DNA from: an uncultured Acidobacteriota bacterium
GTDB lineage: Bacteria > Acidobacteriota > JAAYUB01
Direction of reading: 5' to 3'
Length of the DNA stretch: 64,000 nucleotides
Assembly: GCA_964436005.1 (NCBI GenBank)
Contig: CAYTBK010000006.1
Coordinates: forward strand, 2,212-66,211
In this document: in pieces, positions 9,040 to 19,039 of the stretch
How the letters are laid out: each line of letters starts with the position of its first letter
Numbering within the stretch: position 1 is the stretch's first letter
Translations under genes and position numbers: made by a program
Notes under the pieces: model-generated
Seen by the model: only the letters and a program-made list of their open reading frames with translations
The model's database searches: none
Told to the model about the DNA's origin: nothing

Positions 9040-9963
9040 TTACCTCCCCACCAGGTAGTCGAAGATGGCCTGGAGGTTGTCGTCGGGGGAGGTGAGTTCC
9101 TCCACCGCGAGGTCCTGTTCGGCGATGGCCTGCGTGAGTGCTTCGAAGCAGGGGTCCTGCCGGTCCGTGGACAGGGTGAGCCCGTTCTCCCCGTCCAGGG
9201 AGACGCTCCGGACGGCCGGGTGCCCGATCATCCGCTCGGCCAGCAGGCGCGCTCGGTCACAGCGGACGAATATCTGGTGCGGGTGGTCGTCGAGGAGGTT
9301 GCGGATAGTGTGGATGTCCCCCTGGGCGAAAACTTTGCCCTGGTGGATGAGGACGATCTCCTCGGTCAACCCCTCCACTTCCGGGAGGATGTGGGAGGAC
9401 ACCACCACTGTCTTCCCTTCGGCTTCCAGTTCCTTGAGCATCTTCGATATGCGGATGCGCCAGAGCGGGTCGATGCCGCGGAGCGGTTCGTCCAGCAGCA
9501 GCACCTCGGGGTCGTGCACGAGGCAGGCGGCCAGACGCAGGCGCTGCCGCATGCCGAAGCTGTAGGCCTTGACCTGCCGGTGGGCGTTGTCCTGCAGCCC
9601 GACCTTCTCGAGCGCCTCGCCGGCCCGTGTTTTGGCCTGGCCGCCTTCGAAGCCATGCAGGTGGGCCATGAAGAGGGTGAATTCCCCCCCGGTCATGTCG
9701 GGGTAGAAGCTGTCCGCCTCCGGGCAGACGCCGATGCGGGAGAAGACGTCCGGGTTGGCGAAGACGTCCTCGCCGAGCACCCGGATTTTGCCGATGCTGG
9801 GCTTGAGCTGGCCGGAAACCAGTTTCAGGAAGGTGGACTTGCCGGCGCCGTTGGGCCCCAGGAGGCCTTTGATGCCAGGGCGGATCTCCAGGTTGATCTC
9901 GCTGACGCCCAGGATGTGCCCGTACCACTTGGAAAGGTTTTCGGCGGTGATGACAGCGTTCAT
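9040..9963 (-). CDS. ABC transporter ATP-binding protein
   Basis: MNAVITAENLSKWYG...[12 protein letters not shown]...LLLDEP; start at 9963 (C-terminal 307 aa of track ORF 9040..10785); ATGA overlap with upstream permease. Confidence 0.85.
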   Translation of the reverse strand: MNAVITAENLSKWYGHILGVSEINLEIRPGIKGLLGPNGAGKSTFLKLVSGQLKPSIGKIRVLGEDVFANPDVFSRIGVCPEADSFYPDMTGGEFTLFMAHLHGFEGGQAKTRAGEALEKVGLQDNAHRQVKAYSFGMRQRLRLAACLVHDPEVLLLDEPLRGIDPLWRIRISKMLKELEAEGKTVVVSSHILPEVEGLTEEIVLIHQGKVFAQGDIHTIRNLLDDHPHQIFVRCDRARLLAERMIGHPAVRSVSLDGENGLTLSTDRQDPCFEALTQAIAEQDLAVEELTSPDDNLQAIFDYLVGR

Positions 9964-10814
9964 GCCGTGGCCTCCGCGCGCCGGATGCGCAGGTAGAGAA
10001 ACAGGATCGCCAGCAGCGCCGCCGCGGCGAGGATGACGACGGAGTACGCGGGATCCACCGCGAACTCCCTTTCCTGACCGAAGAAAAAAGCCCCGGTGTG
10101 GTTGATGTTGCGGTTGACGGAGAGCAGGTGCCAGCCCTCCATGTGGGTGATCTCGGTGAGGATGGCCGCCACGGCGTCCGAGAAGAAGAACACGGCCACC
10201 AATATGATGCGGACGAAGTTGAGCCGTTCGCTCAAGGTCGAGAGGAAGAGGGTCATGGCGGCCAGGAAGAGACCGACCAGCAACGGGAAGGCCACCATGG
10301 CCAGCCAGAGGTCTGGTTTCAGGATCAGGCTGCCGGAGAAGACCATCTTCAGGATGAAGAGGACAATTCCCGGGACGAGGGTGAAGAGCAGCAGGTAGAA
10401 GAGCACGGTGGACAGCTTGCCGGCGAGGTAGCCGGTACGGGAGAGGGGCCGCGAGAAGTATAGCGGCAGGGCCCGCAGGCGGAGGTCCCCCGAGATCAGC
10501 CCCGCCCCGCTGAAGATGCACAGCACCACCAGGATGAAAATCAGGAAGTTGTTGGTGTAGAACATGTGGAAGATGGAGGCGTCCGACTGGAGGCTGCGCA
10601 CCAGGCGGGAGAACATCTTCAGTTCCGGCTTGGCCACCGCGTAGATGACGGCCAGGAAGAACAGGAAGGGCGTGGCGCCAAGGAAGAAGACGAGCCCCGC
10701 GTACTTCTGCCTGGCCACCCGCCGGATGCCGTTGCGCAGGATCGGGAGCCAGCGCATCCCCGGGCGGGTGACTTCGCCTTCCCACCCCATGTAACCTTTC
10801 TGCCTAATTCCCAT
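9960..10814 (-). CDS. ABC transporter permease (ABC-2-like)
   Basis: 284 aa polytopic membrane protein; overlaps neighbours on both sides. Confidence 0.7.
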   Translation of the reverse strand: MGIRQKGYMGWEGEVTRPGMRWLPILRNGIRRVARQKYAGLVFFLGATPFLFFLAVIYAVAKPELKMFSRLVRSLQSDASIFHMFYTNNFLIFILVVLCIFSGAGLISGDLRLRALPLYFSRPLSRTGYLAGKLSTVLFYLLLFTLVPGIVLFILKMVFSGSLILKPDLWLAMVAFPLLVGLFLAAMTLFLSTLSERLNFVRIILVAVFFFSDAVAAILTEITHMEGWHLLSVNRNINHTGAFFFGQEREFAVDPAYSVVILAAAALLAILFLYLRIRRAEATA

Positions 10815-11727
10815 GATTTTCCTCCACGGCCTGGATGAAGGCCTCCTCCAGGGTGATGCGGCTGCGCTGCAGGCGACGGATCTGCACGCCGCACCGGCGG
10901 GCCGCCCGGAACAGGGTCCGGGTGGTCTCCCCCGGGGGGAGTTCGACGCGGTAGTTTTCCCGTTCCTTCTCCTCCAGGCGGCAGCGGGCCTCCTCCAGTT
11001 CAGCCCGGAACGGCCCCGCCTCCCCCTTGAAAGCCAGGTCGAACACCTCGCCCATGGCGGGGTGCAGGTCGCCCACGGGCTTTTCCGCCACCACCCGGCC
11101 GTTGTCCATTATCACAACATCTTTGCATGTCGACTCTAGGTCCGGCAGCAGGTGGGTGGAGAGGATGATGTTCTTCCCCTCGGTGGCGGCGATGTCGCGG
11201 ATCAGTTCCAGCATGGCCTGGCGCCCGGCCGGGTCCATACCGGAGGTGGGTTCGTCGAGGAGCAGCATGCCGGGATCGTGGACGATGGCCTGGGCCAGCT
11301 TCAGGCGTTGCCGCATGCCGGTGGAGTAGGTCTCCACCAGCCGGTAGCGGGCCTCCTCCAGCCCCACGTAGTAGAGGACGTCGTGGGCCCGCTTGATGGC
11401 CTCCCGGCGCGGCATGCCGCTCAGTTCGCCGAGGTAGGCGGTGAATTCCACCGCGTCCATGCCCGGCAGCAGGGAGTCGCTCTCCGGCATGTAGCCGACG
11501 TTGCGGCGGAATTCCCGGAGGTCGCCCCCCAGGCCCTGGCCGAACACCGAGCCGGTGCCGGACGAGGGCCGCAGGAAGCCCAGCAGGATCTTCATGAGGG
11601 TCGTCTTGCCGGCGCCGTTGGGGCCCAGCAGCCCGTGGATGCCCCCGCCGATGCGCAGGCGGACGCCGTCCAGGGCGGTCACGTCGCCGTAGCGGAAGCG
11701 GATGTCGTCGAGGATGATCATTTCCAT
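10804..11727 (-). CDS. ABC transporter ATP-binding protein
   Basis: MEMIILDDIRFRYGD...[15 protein letters not shown]...LLLDEPTSGMD; start at 11727 (or MIILDD at 11721). Confidence 0.85.
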   Translation of the reverse strand: MEMIILDDIRFRYGDVTALDGVRLRIGGGIHGLLGPNGAGKTTLMKILLGFLRPSSGTGSVFGQGLGGDLREFRRNVGYMPESDSLLPGMDAVEFTAYLGELSGMPRREAIKRAHDVLYYVGLEEARYRLVETYSTGMRQRLKLAQAIVHDPGMLLLDEPTSGMDPAGRQAMLELIRDIAATEGKNIILSTHLLPDLESTCKDVVIMDNGRVVAEKPVGDLHPAMGEVFDLAFKGEAGPFRAELEEARCRLEEKERENYRVELPPGETTRTLFRAARRCGVQIRRLQRSRITLEEAFIQAVEENHGN

Positions 11728-12009
11728 GTGGGGTCGTCCTTGCCCGGCCGGGTGATTTCCGGCGCCCTTCCGGCTCCCCGTGGCTACCTTTCGCTGGTGG
11801 GCCGCGTGGCGGCCCGGGCGCCGGATCCGTCTTGACCGACCGGAAACACAGACTACGATGCGGCGGGGGGAAAAAGTTCCCGGAACACGTTGCATTCACG
11901 GTTTTCAGGGAGGACCAGGCACAGGCGCCCAGCCGCCCGAATGCGGGATGAACCATTGACCCCAATGAGGGGAACAGGCGGCCGTCCTGGTTTTCCTGCC
12001 CTGTTCGCC

Positions 12010-12095
12010 GGGTGTCCATGAATTTTGTTGGGTGTCCATGATTTTGCCCCCGAGTATGGTTGGGTGTCCATCACCGTTCGGCTGGGTGTCCATGA
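12010..12095. repeat. Four direct copies of 12-mer GGGTGTCCATGA (12010-12021, 12030-12041, 12062-12073 as GGGTGTCCATCA, 12084-12095), spacing 20/32/22 bp, in the divergent promoter region
   Basis: Read directly from sequence; the track shows it as repeated MDTQ in small minus-strand ORFs. Confidence 0.8.
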
Positions 12096-12258
12096 AGGGA
12101 AGAACAGGAACCGCGGAGGGGCGCGGAGAAGCGCGGAGGGGGATTGAAAAAGTCTCGTTGGCAGCCCTCGGCGGCTTTCCGTGTGCCTCTGCGGTTAACT
12201 CTCTTTAGAATCTATACATCGCCGGATTGGGGATTGCCCGATTTGCCTGATCGATGTC

Positions 12259-12293
12259 GGCTGTCCATGAAAATAATGATTGGGTGTCCACGA
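12259..12293. repeat. Two further copies of the same motif (GGCTGTCCATGA 12259-12270; GGGTGTCCACGA 12282-12293), same orientation
   Basis: Read directly from sequence. Confidence 0.7.
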
Positions 12294-12445
12294 AACCAGT
12301 TATAATTCATCCAATTGATTCGTCAAATAGTTGGGCTTTATTGAAAAGCATGGTGGAAAAACGATCTCCGGCCTTTGGGGTTTTCCGGGTGTCTTCGGGG
12401 ATCCTTGGGTCGAAGCCCTTTCGCAGAAGAACCAGGAGGTTCGAC

Positions 12446-13924
12446 ATGTTCCTGCCGATCAAGGCGGTGGTGTGCTGGCTGATTTTACTCGACTTCTCCG
12501 GGGAGGCCATGCGGGCCCAGGCGGTCGGGCCTGCTCCCGACCCCGAACTGGCCGCCATCGGGAAAACCATCGACGACGCCATCGGGTGGTTCCGGACCAA
12601 GGATTTCGCCCGGCTCTTCGAAATCTTCGACAGCGGGGCCGAACTGTTCATCTACCATCCGGATTCCGGCACCACGATCCGGGGCTTCGAAGCTTTCCGC
12701 AAGAACGCAGGCGCCTTTGCGGACCCCGACTTCGTTTACGCCGGCCACGCTTTGCGCGACCTGCAGGTGCACCGTTCCGCGGGCGGCGACACGGCCTGGT
12801 TCTCCGCCCTTCTGGAAGACTGCTGGTCGTACCGGGGGAAGAAGGGATGCTGGAAGGACTGCCGCTGGACGGGCGTCCTGTGCCGGCGGAACGGGAAGTG
12901 GGTGATTGCCCAGCTGCATTTTTCCTTCGCCCGGGACACCCTGCTGGCGGAAACCCCCTTCTTCGAGGAAAAATTCCAGGGGCCGGGTGGACTGGTCGGC
13001 CCTGCCCGGACCGCGGAGTACCTGGTGCGTGACGGCGGTCCGGTCCTTCGACTGGAAGGACTCCTGTTCCTGAAGGAGTTGCGGCGGGAGGACTTCCGCC
13101 TGGAGGTGGAAATCCTGGCCGAGGGCCCGTGCTACCCCGGTGTCGCCTTTCACGCCCGGGACGGGTCCGACTACGAGCTGGCCTACCCCGTTCCCCATGC
13201 CAGCGGCCAGCCCGACGCCATCCAGTACGATCCCGTCTTCCGCGGCGGGAATTCCTGGCAACTGTTCAACGGCCCGCCGTACCAGAAAAGTGCGGTCGTT
13301 CCGTTGCGGGAGTGGTTCACCCTGCGCCTGAACGTGCATCGCGGACGGGTTTCCGTGCAGGTGAACGACCAGGATCCCCTGGTGGTGGAGCGGCTGGCGC
13401 ACGGTGCCGGGCCCGGCGGCATCGGGCTGTGGAGCTATCGCCCGGCCTTCTTCCGCAACCTGCGGGTGTTCCCCGCGAGACCCATCCCCGAGACCGGGGT
13501 CAGGGCCACGGCGCCGGCGGACGCGGTTTCCTCGTGGCGGGCCCCGGACGGTTCCCGGTTGCGGGCGGGCGACAACGGCGTGGTGGACGCCGGTGCCGCG
13601 CTGGATCCGGCGACTCGCCAGGCGGTGCTTTCCCGTTCCTTCACCCTGGCGGAAGAGGCCGACGTGACTTTCGGCTTGGGTTTCAGCGATGCCGTCGTGC
13701 TGCGGGTGGATGGCGAGGAGCTCTTCCGGGGTGAGAACCGCTTCCGCGGTTTTGCCGACCTGCCCTCCCGCGGGTGGGTGACGCCGAATGCGCAGACGGT
13801 TCGGAAAAGCCTGTCGGCCGGGACGCACGTCGTGCAGGTGGAACTGTCGGCCCTGGAGCCCTTCGGCTGCGGATTCGTGCTCACGGCGGCGGGCCGGGGC
13901 CTCTCCTTTCCGGACTCGCCCTGA
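12446..13924 (+). CDS. Secreted hypothetical protein; NTF2/SnoaL-like N-terminal domain and a DUF1080-like (laminin-G/3-keto-disaccharide hydrolase-like) central domain
   Basis: Start MFLPIKAVVCWLILL (signal/TM) at 12446 with AGGAGG RBS 12433-12438; motif GGIGLWSYRPAFFRNLRVF resembles DUF1080; domain calls tentative. Confidence 0.6.
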   Translation: MFLPIKAVVCWLILLDFSGEAMRAQAVGPAPDPELAAIGKTIDDAIGWFRTKDFARLFEIFDSGAELFIYHPDSGTTIRGFEAFRKNAGAFADPDFVYAGHALRDLQVHRSAGGDTAWFSALLEDCWSYRGKKGCWKDCRWTGVLCRRNGKWVIAQLHFSFARDTLLAETPFFEEKFQGPGGLVGPARTAEYLVRDGGPVLRLEGLLFLKELRREDFRLEVEILAEGPCYPGVAFHARDGSDYELAYPVPHASGQPDAIQYDPVFRGGNSWQLFNGPPYQKSAVVPLREWFTLRLNVHRGRVSVQVNDQDPLVVERLAHGAGPGGIGLWSYRPAFFRNLRVFPARPIPETGVRATAPADAVSSWRAPDGSRLRAGDNGVVDAGAALDPATRQAVLSRSFTLAEEADVTFGLGFSDAVVLRVDGEELFRGENRFRGFADLPSRGWVTPNAQTVRKSLSAGTHVVQVELSALEPFGCGFVLTAAGRGLSFPDSP

Positions 13925-14022
13925 AGGTGCCGCTGTCGTGAACGGGTGTCACGCGGGATCGCCATCCGCGCTGCCGTTGGAATAACACGCCCCAAGGCCG
14001 TGCCTGGGGGGGAGGTGACCCG

Positions 14023-16170
14023 ATGAAGTGGTGGACGAAGAATGTTTTCCGGCCGGCGAGGCTGCTCCTGCCGTTTTTCCTGTTCCTTTCCGGCGCCCCA
14101 GCGGCCGCCACCCTCCCCACGGCGGCTGTTGGCCCGGCCGGGGCGACCGCCGCACCCCCGCCCTGCCCGGGGGGGCAGCCCAAGGATGGCCCGCCGATCT
14201 ACTACGGGCCCTCCTACGAGTACGAGTTCACCCAGGACACCCTGGCCATGTCCGACGGCGTCCGCCTGGCCGTCAGCTACTGGAAGCCCGTGCCCCGCTG
14301 CGCCTGCGAGAAGTTCTCCGTCGTGCTGGAGATGCTCCCCTACCGCAAGGACGACAGCTCCTACAGGTCCGAGTACTCCCAGAACGCCTACCTCGCCCGT
14401 CGGGGCCTCGCAGCGGCCCAGGTCGACGTCCGCGGCACGGGGTCCTCCGAGGGCCGGCTGGTGGAGCGGGAGTACTCGAACGCGGAACTGCAGGACATCC
14501 AGGAAGTCATCGAGCTGCTGGCCCACCAGCCCTGGTGCAATGGCCGGGTGGGCATGATCGGCATGTCCTGGAGCGCCTTCAACGGCATCATGACCGCCAT
14601 GCGCCGGCCCCCGCACCTGGGCGCCCTCTACGCGATGCACGGCTCCGAGGACATCTACGGCAACGACATCCACTACATCGACGGCGCCATGCACCTGGAC
14701 ATGTACTCCATCGAGATGGAGACGGAAAACCCCGCTCCCCGGGCCCCGGACTACCGGCTGGACGAGGCCTATTTCCGCGACCGCTTCGACGCCGAGCCCT
14801 GGATCTTCACCTACATCCGCCACCAGCGGGACAGCGGGTGGTGGGAGGACGGGCGCTCGCTGGACACCGACTACGCGGCCATCGACATCCCCGTCTTCGT
14901 CGTGGGCGGGCTGCTGGACGGCTACCGAGACTTCGTCCCCCACATGCTGGAGAACATGGGCGTGCCCATGCGGGGCGAGATCGGCACCTGGAATCACGAC
15001 TGGCCCGTGGGCGGTTCGCCCGGGCCCAACTACGAGAGCCGCCAGACGGCCGTGCGCTGGTTTCACCACTGGCTGAGCGGCCATCGCAACGGCGTCATGG
15101 ACGAGCCCCGCTTCACCGTGTTCGTCCGGGGCAGCGTGCCCGCCTCCACCGAGATCGCCACCACCCCCGGCGAGTTCCGGGCGGGGGACTGGCCCTTCCC
15201 GGGCAGCCATGTCGTCCGGTACTTCCCGCAGGGGGACCGCTCTCTCCAGCCGGCCCCCGGCCCTTCCGCGCGTCACGTCCTCGCCTACCAACCCGGGACG
15301 GGCACAGAGGTGGGGAACTGGTGGGGGGAGGTGACGGGCGACATGCAGGGCGCCGATGCGGCCGCGCTGGCGTACGACTCGCCGGAAATGGAGGCGAGCC
15401 AGGTGCTGGTGGGCATTCCGCGCGTCCGGCTGACGGTCTCCAGCGACGCGACCCTGGCCCACTGGATGGTGCGGCTGGAGGACGTCCACCCCGACGGAAG
15501 CGTCTCCCTGGTCACCGGCGGGCTGATCAACGGCGCGCAGCGCCGCTCCCGCCGCGAACCGGAAGCGCTGGTCCCGGGCCAGGAGGTGGAACTCCTCATC
15601 CCCCTCCACTTCACCACCTGGACCTTCGAGAAGGGGCACCGCATCCGGCTGGCCGTCACCAACGCCCAGTTCCCCATGATCTGGCCCACGCCCTACGCCA
15701 TGACCACCACCCTGGTCCTGGGCGGCGGGGCCTCGGAACTGGAGCTCCCCTTCGTCGACGCCGCGGCCCGCCCGCGCATGCCCGTCCTCCTGATCCCCGA
15801 GCCGGAGGAGGAGGCCCCGGACGCCCGCTACATCGATTCCGGCAGTTCCACCCGGACGCTGGTGCGGGACAACTTCACCACCGTGACCAGTGGGGAGAAT
15901 CACGAGTACGAGGTGCACGGCCGGCGGTACCGCACCTCGGAGCAGCTGGTCTACCGCACCTGCGCCGACAATCCCGCCGACTCCTCCTTCCGCGGGGAAG
16001 GGGAGTGGAAGATGACGGCGGGCGGCCGGGTGGTCCAGGTGAAGGCGGAGGTGGACGTCCGCTCAGACGCAACGGTCTTCCGTGTGAGGGTGAAACGCCG
16101 GGTTTACGAGAACGGGGCCCTGGTTCGCGAAAAGGAGTGGCGGGAGGACATCCCCCGGGATTTCCAGTAA
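14023..16170 (+). CDS. CocE/NonD family hydrolase (S15 X-Pro dipeptidyl-peptidase-like), secreted
   Basis: Signal peptide; LPYRKDD...YLARRGLAAAQVDVRGTGSSEG...GMIGMSWSAF serine nucleophile elbow; GGGAGG RBS upstream. Confidence 0.8.
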   Translation: MKWWTKNVFRPARLLLPFFLFLSGAPAAATLPTAAVGPAGATAAPPPCPGGQPKDGPPIYYGPSYEYEFTQDTLAMSDGVRLAVSYWKPVPRCACEKFSVVLEMLPYRKDDSSYRSEYSQNAYLARRGLAAAQVDVRGTGSSEGRLVEREYSNAELQDIQEVIELLAHQPWCNGRVGMIGMSWSAFNGIMTAMRRPPHLGALYAMHGSEDIYGNDIHYIDGAMHLDMYSIEMETENPAPRAPDYRLDEAYFRDRFDAEPWIFTYIRHQRDSGWWEDGRSLDTDYAAIDIPVFVVGGLLDGYRDFVPHMLENMGVPMRGEIGTWNHDWPVGGSPGPNYESRQTAVRWFHHWLSGHRNGVMDEPRFTVFVRGSVPASTEIATTPGEFRAGDWPFPGSHVVRYFPQGDRSLQPAPGPSARHVLAYQPGTGTEVGNWWGEVTGDMQGADAAALAYDSPEMEASQVLVGIPRVRLTVSSDATLAHWMVRLEDVHPDGSVSLVTGGLINGAQRRSRREPEALVPGQEVELLIPLHFTTWTFEKGHRIRLAVTNAQFPMIWPTPYAMTTTLVLGGGASELELPFVDAAARPRMPVLLIPEPEEEAPDARYIDSGSSTRTLVRDNFTTVTSGENHEYEVHGRRYRTSEQLVYRTCADNPADSSFRGEGEWKMTAGGRVVQVKAEVDVRSDATVFRVRVKRRVYENGALVREKEWREDIPRDFQ

Positions 16171-16356
16171 AAATGCGAAAGCTGCCACCAGGACACAAAT
16201 GAGACGAAAGCCTTTCCGAAATTCGGGCTGTGTCATCGGGGCCGGTTTTTGACACTTTTTTCGTCTCCGGATGGGGAAGTCGGGCCATTTGCATTACCCT
16301 TGCGCTGGATTGTCGAAGCCGTGGTATACTGCGTCCTTATTAAATGCGGGGCGGGA

Positions 16357-18726
16357 ATGGCGGAATCGAACGAAGACAAGCTGAAGCGAGACTGCGAAGA
16401 GCGGTTGCGCTTCGAATCCCTGGTCACCGAACTGTCGGCCTCGTTCATCATCCGGCCCTCCGAGCAGGTCGACGCGGAGATCGTGGACACCCTCCGCCGG
16501 ATCTGCGAGGGACTCGCTATCGACGGGTGCGCCATATGGATGTGGTCGCCGGAGGCCCCGGAAAGCCTCGCCCTGACCCACTACTTCCGCCTGGTGGACG
16601 GACCGATCCCGCCGGAACCCATGCGCGCTCGGGAGTATTATCCCTGGTGCATGCAAGAATTGTCGGCGGGAAGGACCGTCGTCGTCCCATCCCTGGACGA
16701 CCTCCCGCCCGAGGCGGCCCGCGACCGGGAATCCTGGCGCCACTTCGGCATCCAGTCGGCCCTGGTGTTCCCGCTGTCGGCGGGGGGGCGCCCCCCGATC
16801 GGGGTGCTGTCCTTCAACGCCATGCGGGAGGCGCGCCCCTGGCCGGAACATACGGTCAAGCGGCTTCACCTGGTGGCGGGGATCTTCGCCAACGCTCTCT
16901 ACCGGAAGAATTCGGACCGGGCCCTTCGGGAGAGCGAGGCGCGGCTGAGCCTGGCCGCGGCGTCGGCGAACGCAGGCCTGTGGAGCCTGGACCTGGAGAC
17001 CGGCCAGTTCTGGGTCACGGCCAAAGCCAAGGAGCTGTTCCACTTCGCACCGGACTTGGACGTCACCTTGGACCGCTTCTTCGACGTCGTCCACCCTGAG
17101 GACCGCGACCGGGTCCGGCAAGCGGTGGACGACGCGGTCCGGGAGCGGGGTGAAATCCGCGTCGAGTACCGCATCGTGTTCCCGGATGGCGAAACCCGGT
17201 GGATCGTCTCCCGGGGAATGACCCAGGCAAGCGAATCCGGGAAGCCGGACCACCTGGCGGGCGTCTCGCTGGACGTTTCCGAGCGCAAGCGGCACGAGCG
17301 CTCCCTCCTGGAGCACAAGGCGCGGCTCGAGGCCGCCATCGAAGCGGCGGACCTCGGCTTCTACGAAATGCGCACCCCTCCGATGTTCGTGTTCCTGGAC
17401 GCGCGCGTCCAGAAACTGTTCGGCCTCCCGCCCGGGAATGAGCACCAGGCACGGGACTTCTTCCTGGAACACGTCCACTCCGAGGACCGCGGAAAGGTGA
17501 TCGACTTGAGCCGGGAGATGCTGACGGGAAAGCTGAACCGGGCACGGCTCGTTTACCGCTACCTGCACCCGGACCGGGGAGAGCTTTGGTTCAGCCACTC
17601 GGCCCGGGTCACGGGGCGTGACGAGGACGGCCGGGCCCTGGGAACCGTGGGCGCCATCCGGGACATCACGGAGGAAAAACGCTACGAAACGTCGCTGCAG
17701 ACGGCTCTCGAAGAGATCCGGGAACTGAAGGACCGGCTGCAGCAGGAGAACGTCTACCTTCGCGAGGAGATCACCCACGGGTACGAGCAGGGCAGCATCA
17801 TCGGGCACGGCGCAGCCATCCAGAAGACGCTGCAAATGGTCAACCAGGTGGCCCCGACCCTGTCCACCGTGCTCATCCAGGGGGAGACCGGCACGGGGAA
17901 GGAGCTCATCGCCCATCTCATCCACCAGCTCAGCCCGAGGGCCGACCGGCTGATGATCACGGTCAACTGTTCCGCCCTGCCCGAGACGCTCGTCGAGAGC
18001 GAGCTGTTCGGGCGGGAGAAGGGGGCCTTCACGGGTGCGCTGACGCGGCAGGCCGGCCGTTTCGAACTCGCCGACGGATCGACGATCTTCCTCGACGAGA
18101 TCGGCGAACTGACGCCCGTCGTCCAGGTCCGGCTGCTCCGCGTCCTCCAGGAGGGCTGCCTGGAGCGCCTGGGAAGTTCGAAGACCATCTCCGTGAACGT
18201 GCGCATCATCGCCGCCACCAACCGGGACCTGGCGGCCGAGGTCCGCCGGGGCACCTTCCGGCAGGACCTGTACTACCGCCTCAACGTGTTTCCCATCCAG
18301 GTTCCCCCCTTGCGGGAGCGCCCCGACGACATCCCGCTCCTGGTCCGGTCCTTCGCCGAGGAGTTCTCCAAGCGGATGGGCCGGAGCGTCCTACAGGTGC
18401 CGCGCCGGGTCATGGAGGCGCTCCAGCTCTACCACTGGCCCGGGAACGTCCGCGAGCTTCGCAACGTCATCGAGCGGGCGGTGATCGTCTCCACCGGCCA
18501 CACCCTCCAGGTCGACCTCCCGGTGGCGGCCGCGGACGCCGCCGCCATCCCCGTCTCCCTCGCCGATGCCGAGGCGGAGCTCATCCGCAAGACCCTGAAG
18601 CGGACCGGCGGGAGGATCAAGGGGCCCGGCGGCGCCGCTGCCCAGCTCGGGATGAAACCCTCGACGCTGTATTCCCGCATGAACAAGCTCGGCATCTCCC
18701 CCCGTCGGGACGAGCCGGAGCCTTGA
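16357..18726 (+). CDS. Sigma-54-dependent transcriptional activator with GAF and two PAS domains (Fis-type HTH)
   Basis: GETGTGKE, GAFTGA motif, C-terminal HTH; start MAESNEDK at 16357. Confidence 0.85.
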   Translation: MAESNEDKLKRDCEERLRFESLVTELSASFIIRPSEQVDAEIVDTLRRICEGLAIDGCAIWMWSPEAPESLALTHYFRLVDGPIPPEPMRAREYYPWCMQELSAGRTVVVPSLDDLPPEAARDRESWRHFGIQSALVFPLSAGGRPPIGVLSFNAMREARPWPEHTVKRLHLVAGIFANALYRKNSDRALRESEARLSLAAASANAGLWSLDLETGQFWVTAKAKELFHFAPDLDVTLDRFFDVVHPEDRDRVRQAVDDAVRERGEIRVEYRIVFPDGETRWIVSRGMTQASESGKPDHLAGVSLDVSERKRHERSLLEHKARLEAAIEAADLGFYEMRTPPMFVFLDARVQKLFGLPPGNEHQARDFFLEHVHSEDRGKVIDLSREMLTGKLNRARLVYRYLHPDRGELWFSHSARVTGRDEDGRALGTVGAIRDITEEKRYETSLQTALEEIRELKDRLQQENVYLREEITHGYEQGSIIGHGAAIQKTLQMVNQVAPTLSTVLIQGETGTGKELIAHLIHQLSPRADRLMITVNCSALPETLVESELFGREKGAFTGALTRQAGRFELADGSTIFLDEIGELTPVVQVRLLRVLQEGCLERLGSSKTISVNVRIIAATNRDLAAEVRRGTFRQDLYYRLNVFPIQVPPLRERPDDIPLLVRSFAEEFSKRMGRSVLQVPRRVMEALQLYHWPGNVRELRNVIERAVIVSTGHTLQVDLPVAAADAAAIPVSLADAEAELIRKTLKRTGGRIKGPGGAAAQLGMKPSTLYSRMNKLGISPRRDEPEP

Positions 18727-19013
18727 CCCGCGAAGTGCGCGAAGGCGGTTCGGGGCGAATGACACCTGTTCTGACAAAAAGATAACATAAATAATTGCAA
18801 TAAAATATCAACTGATTAGCGGCGCTCGCGGCAAAGACGGGACAGGTCCTTGCACAGCCGGCGGTGGGATCGGTGCAAAGTCGGAATGCCGTCCCGAAGT
18901 CGGGATGTCGACCATTCCGATTCCTCTCCCTTCCCGGTCACTTGCCGGGCGGCATGAGCCATCTCTTGCCCTTGCAAGGGTTAAATGGAAATCGCCCCGC
19001 ACCGGCCTCGGAC

Positions 19014-19029
19014 TGGCACAGGTCATGCA
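19014..19029 (+). promoter_or_regulatory. Candidate sigma-54 promoter TGGCACaggtcaTGCA (-24 GG / -12 GC, 12-nt spacing)
   Basis: 10/12 match to TGGCACG-N4-TTGCA; near-identical element precedes the paralogous ABM gene at 36765; sigma-54 activator gene immediately upstream. Confidence 0.45.
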
Positions 19030-19039
19030 ACAGCGAAGC

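Noticed and set aside
12010-12293. Possible CRISPR array
   Set aside because: 12-nt repeat unit far too short, spacers irregular (8-20 nt), no cas genes; interpreted as regulatory direct repeats
13435-15918. 827-aa minus-strand ORF; also 14028..16202 plus-strand 724-aa ORF
   Set aside because: Antisense or alternative frames of the CocE/NonD hydrolase and secreted protein genes; low-complexity G/R/P-rich
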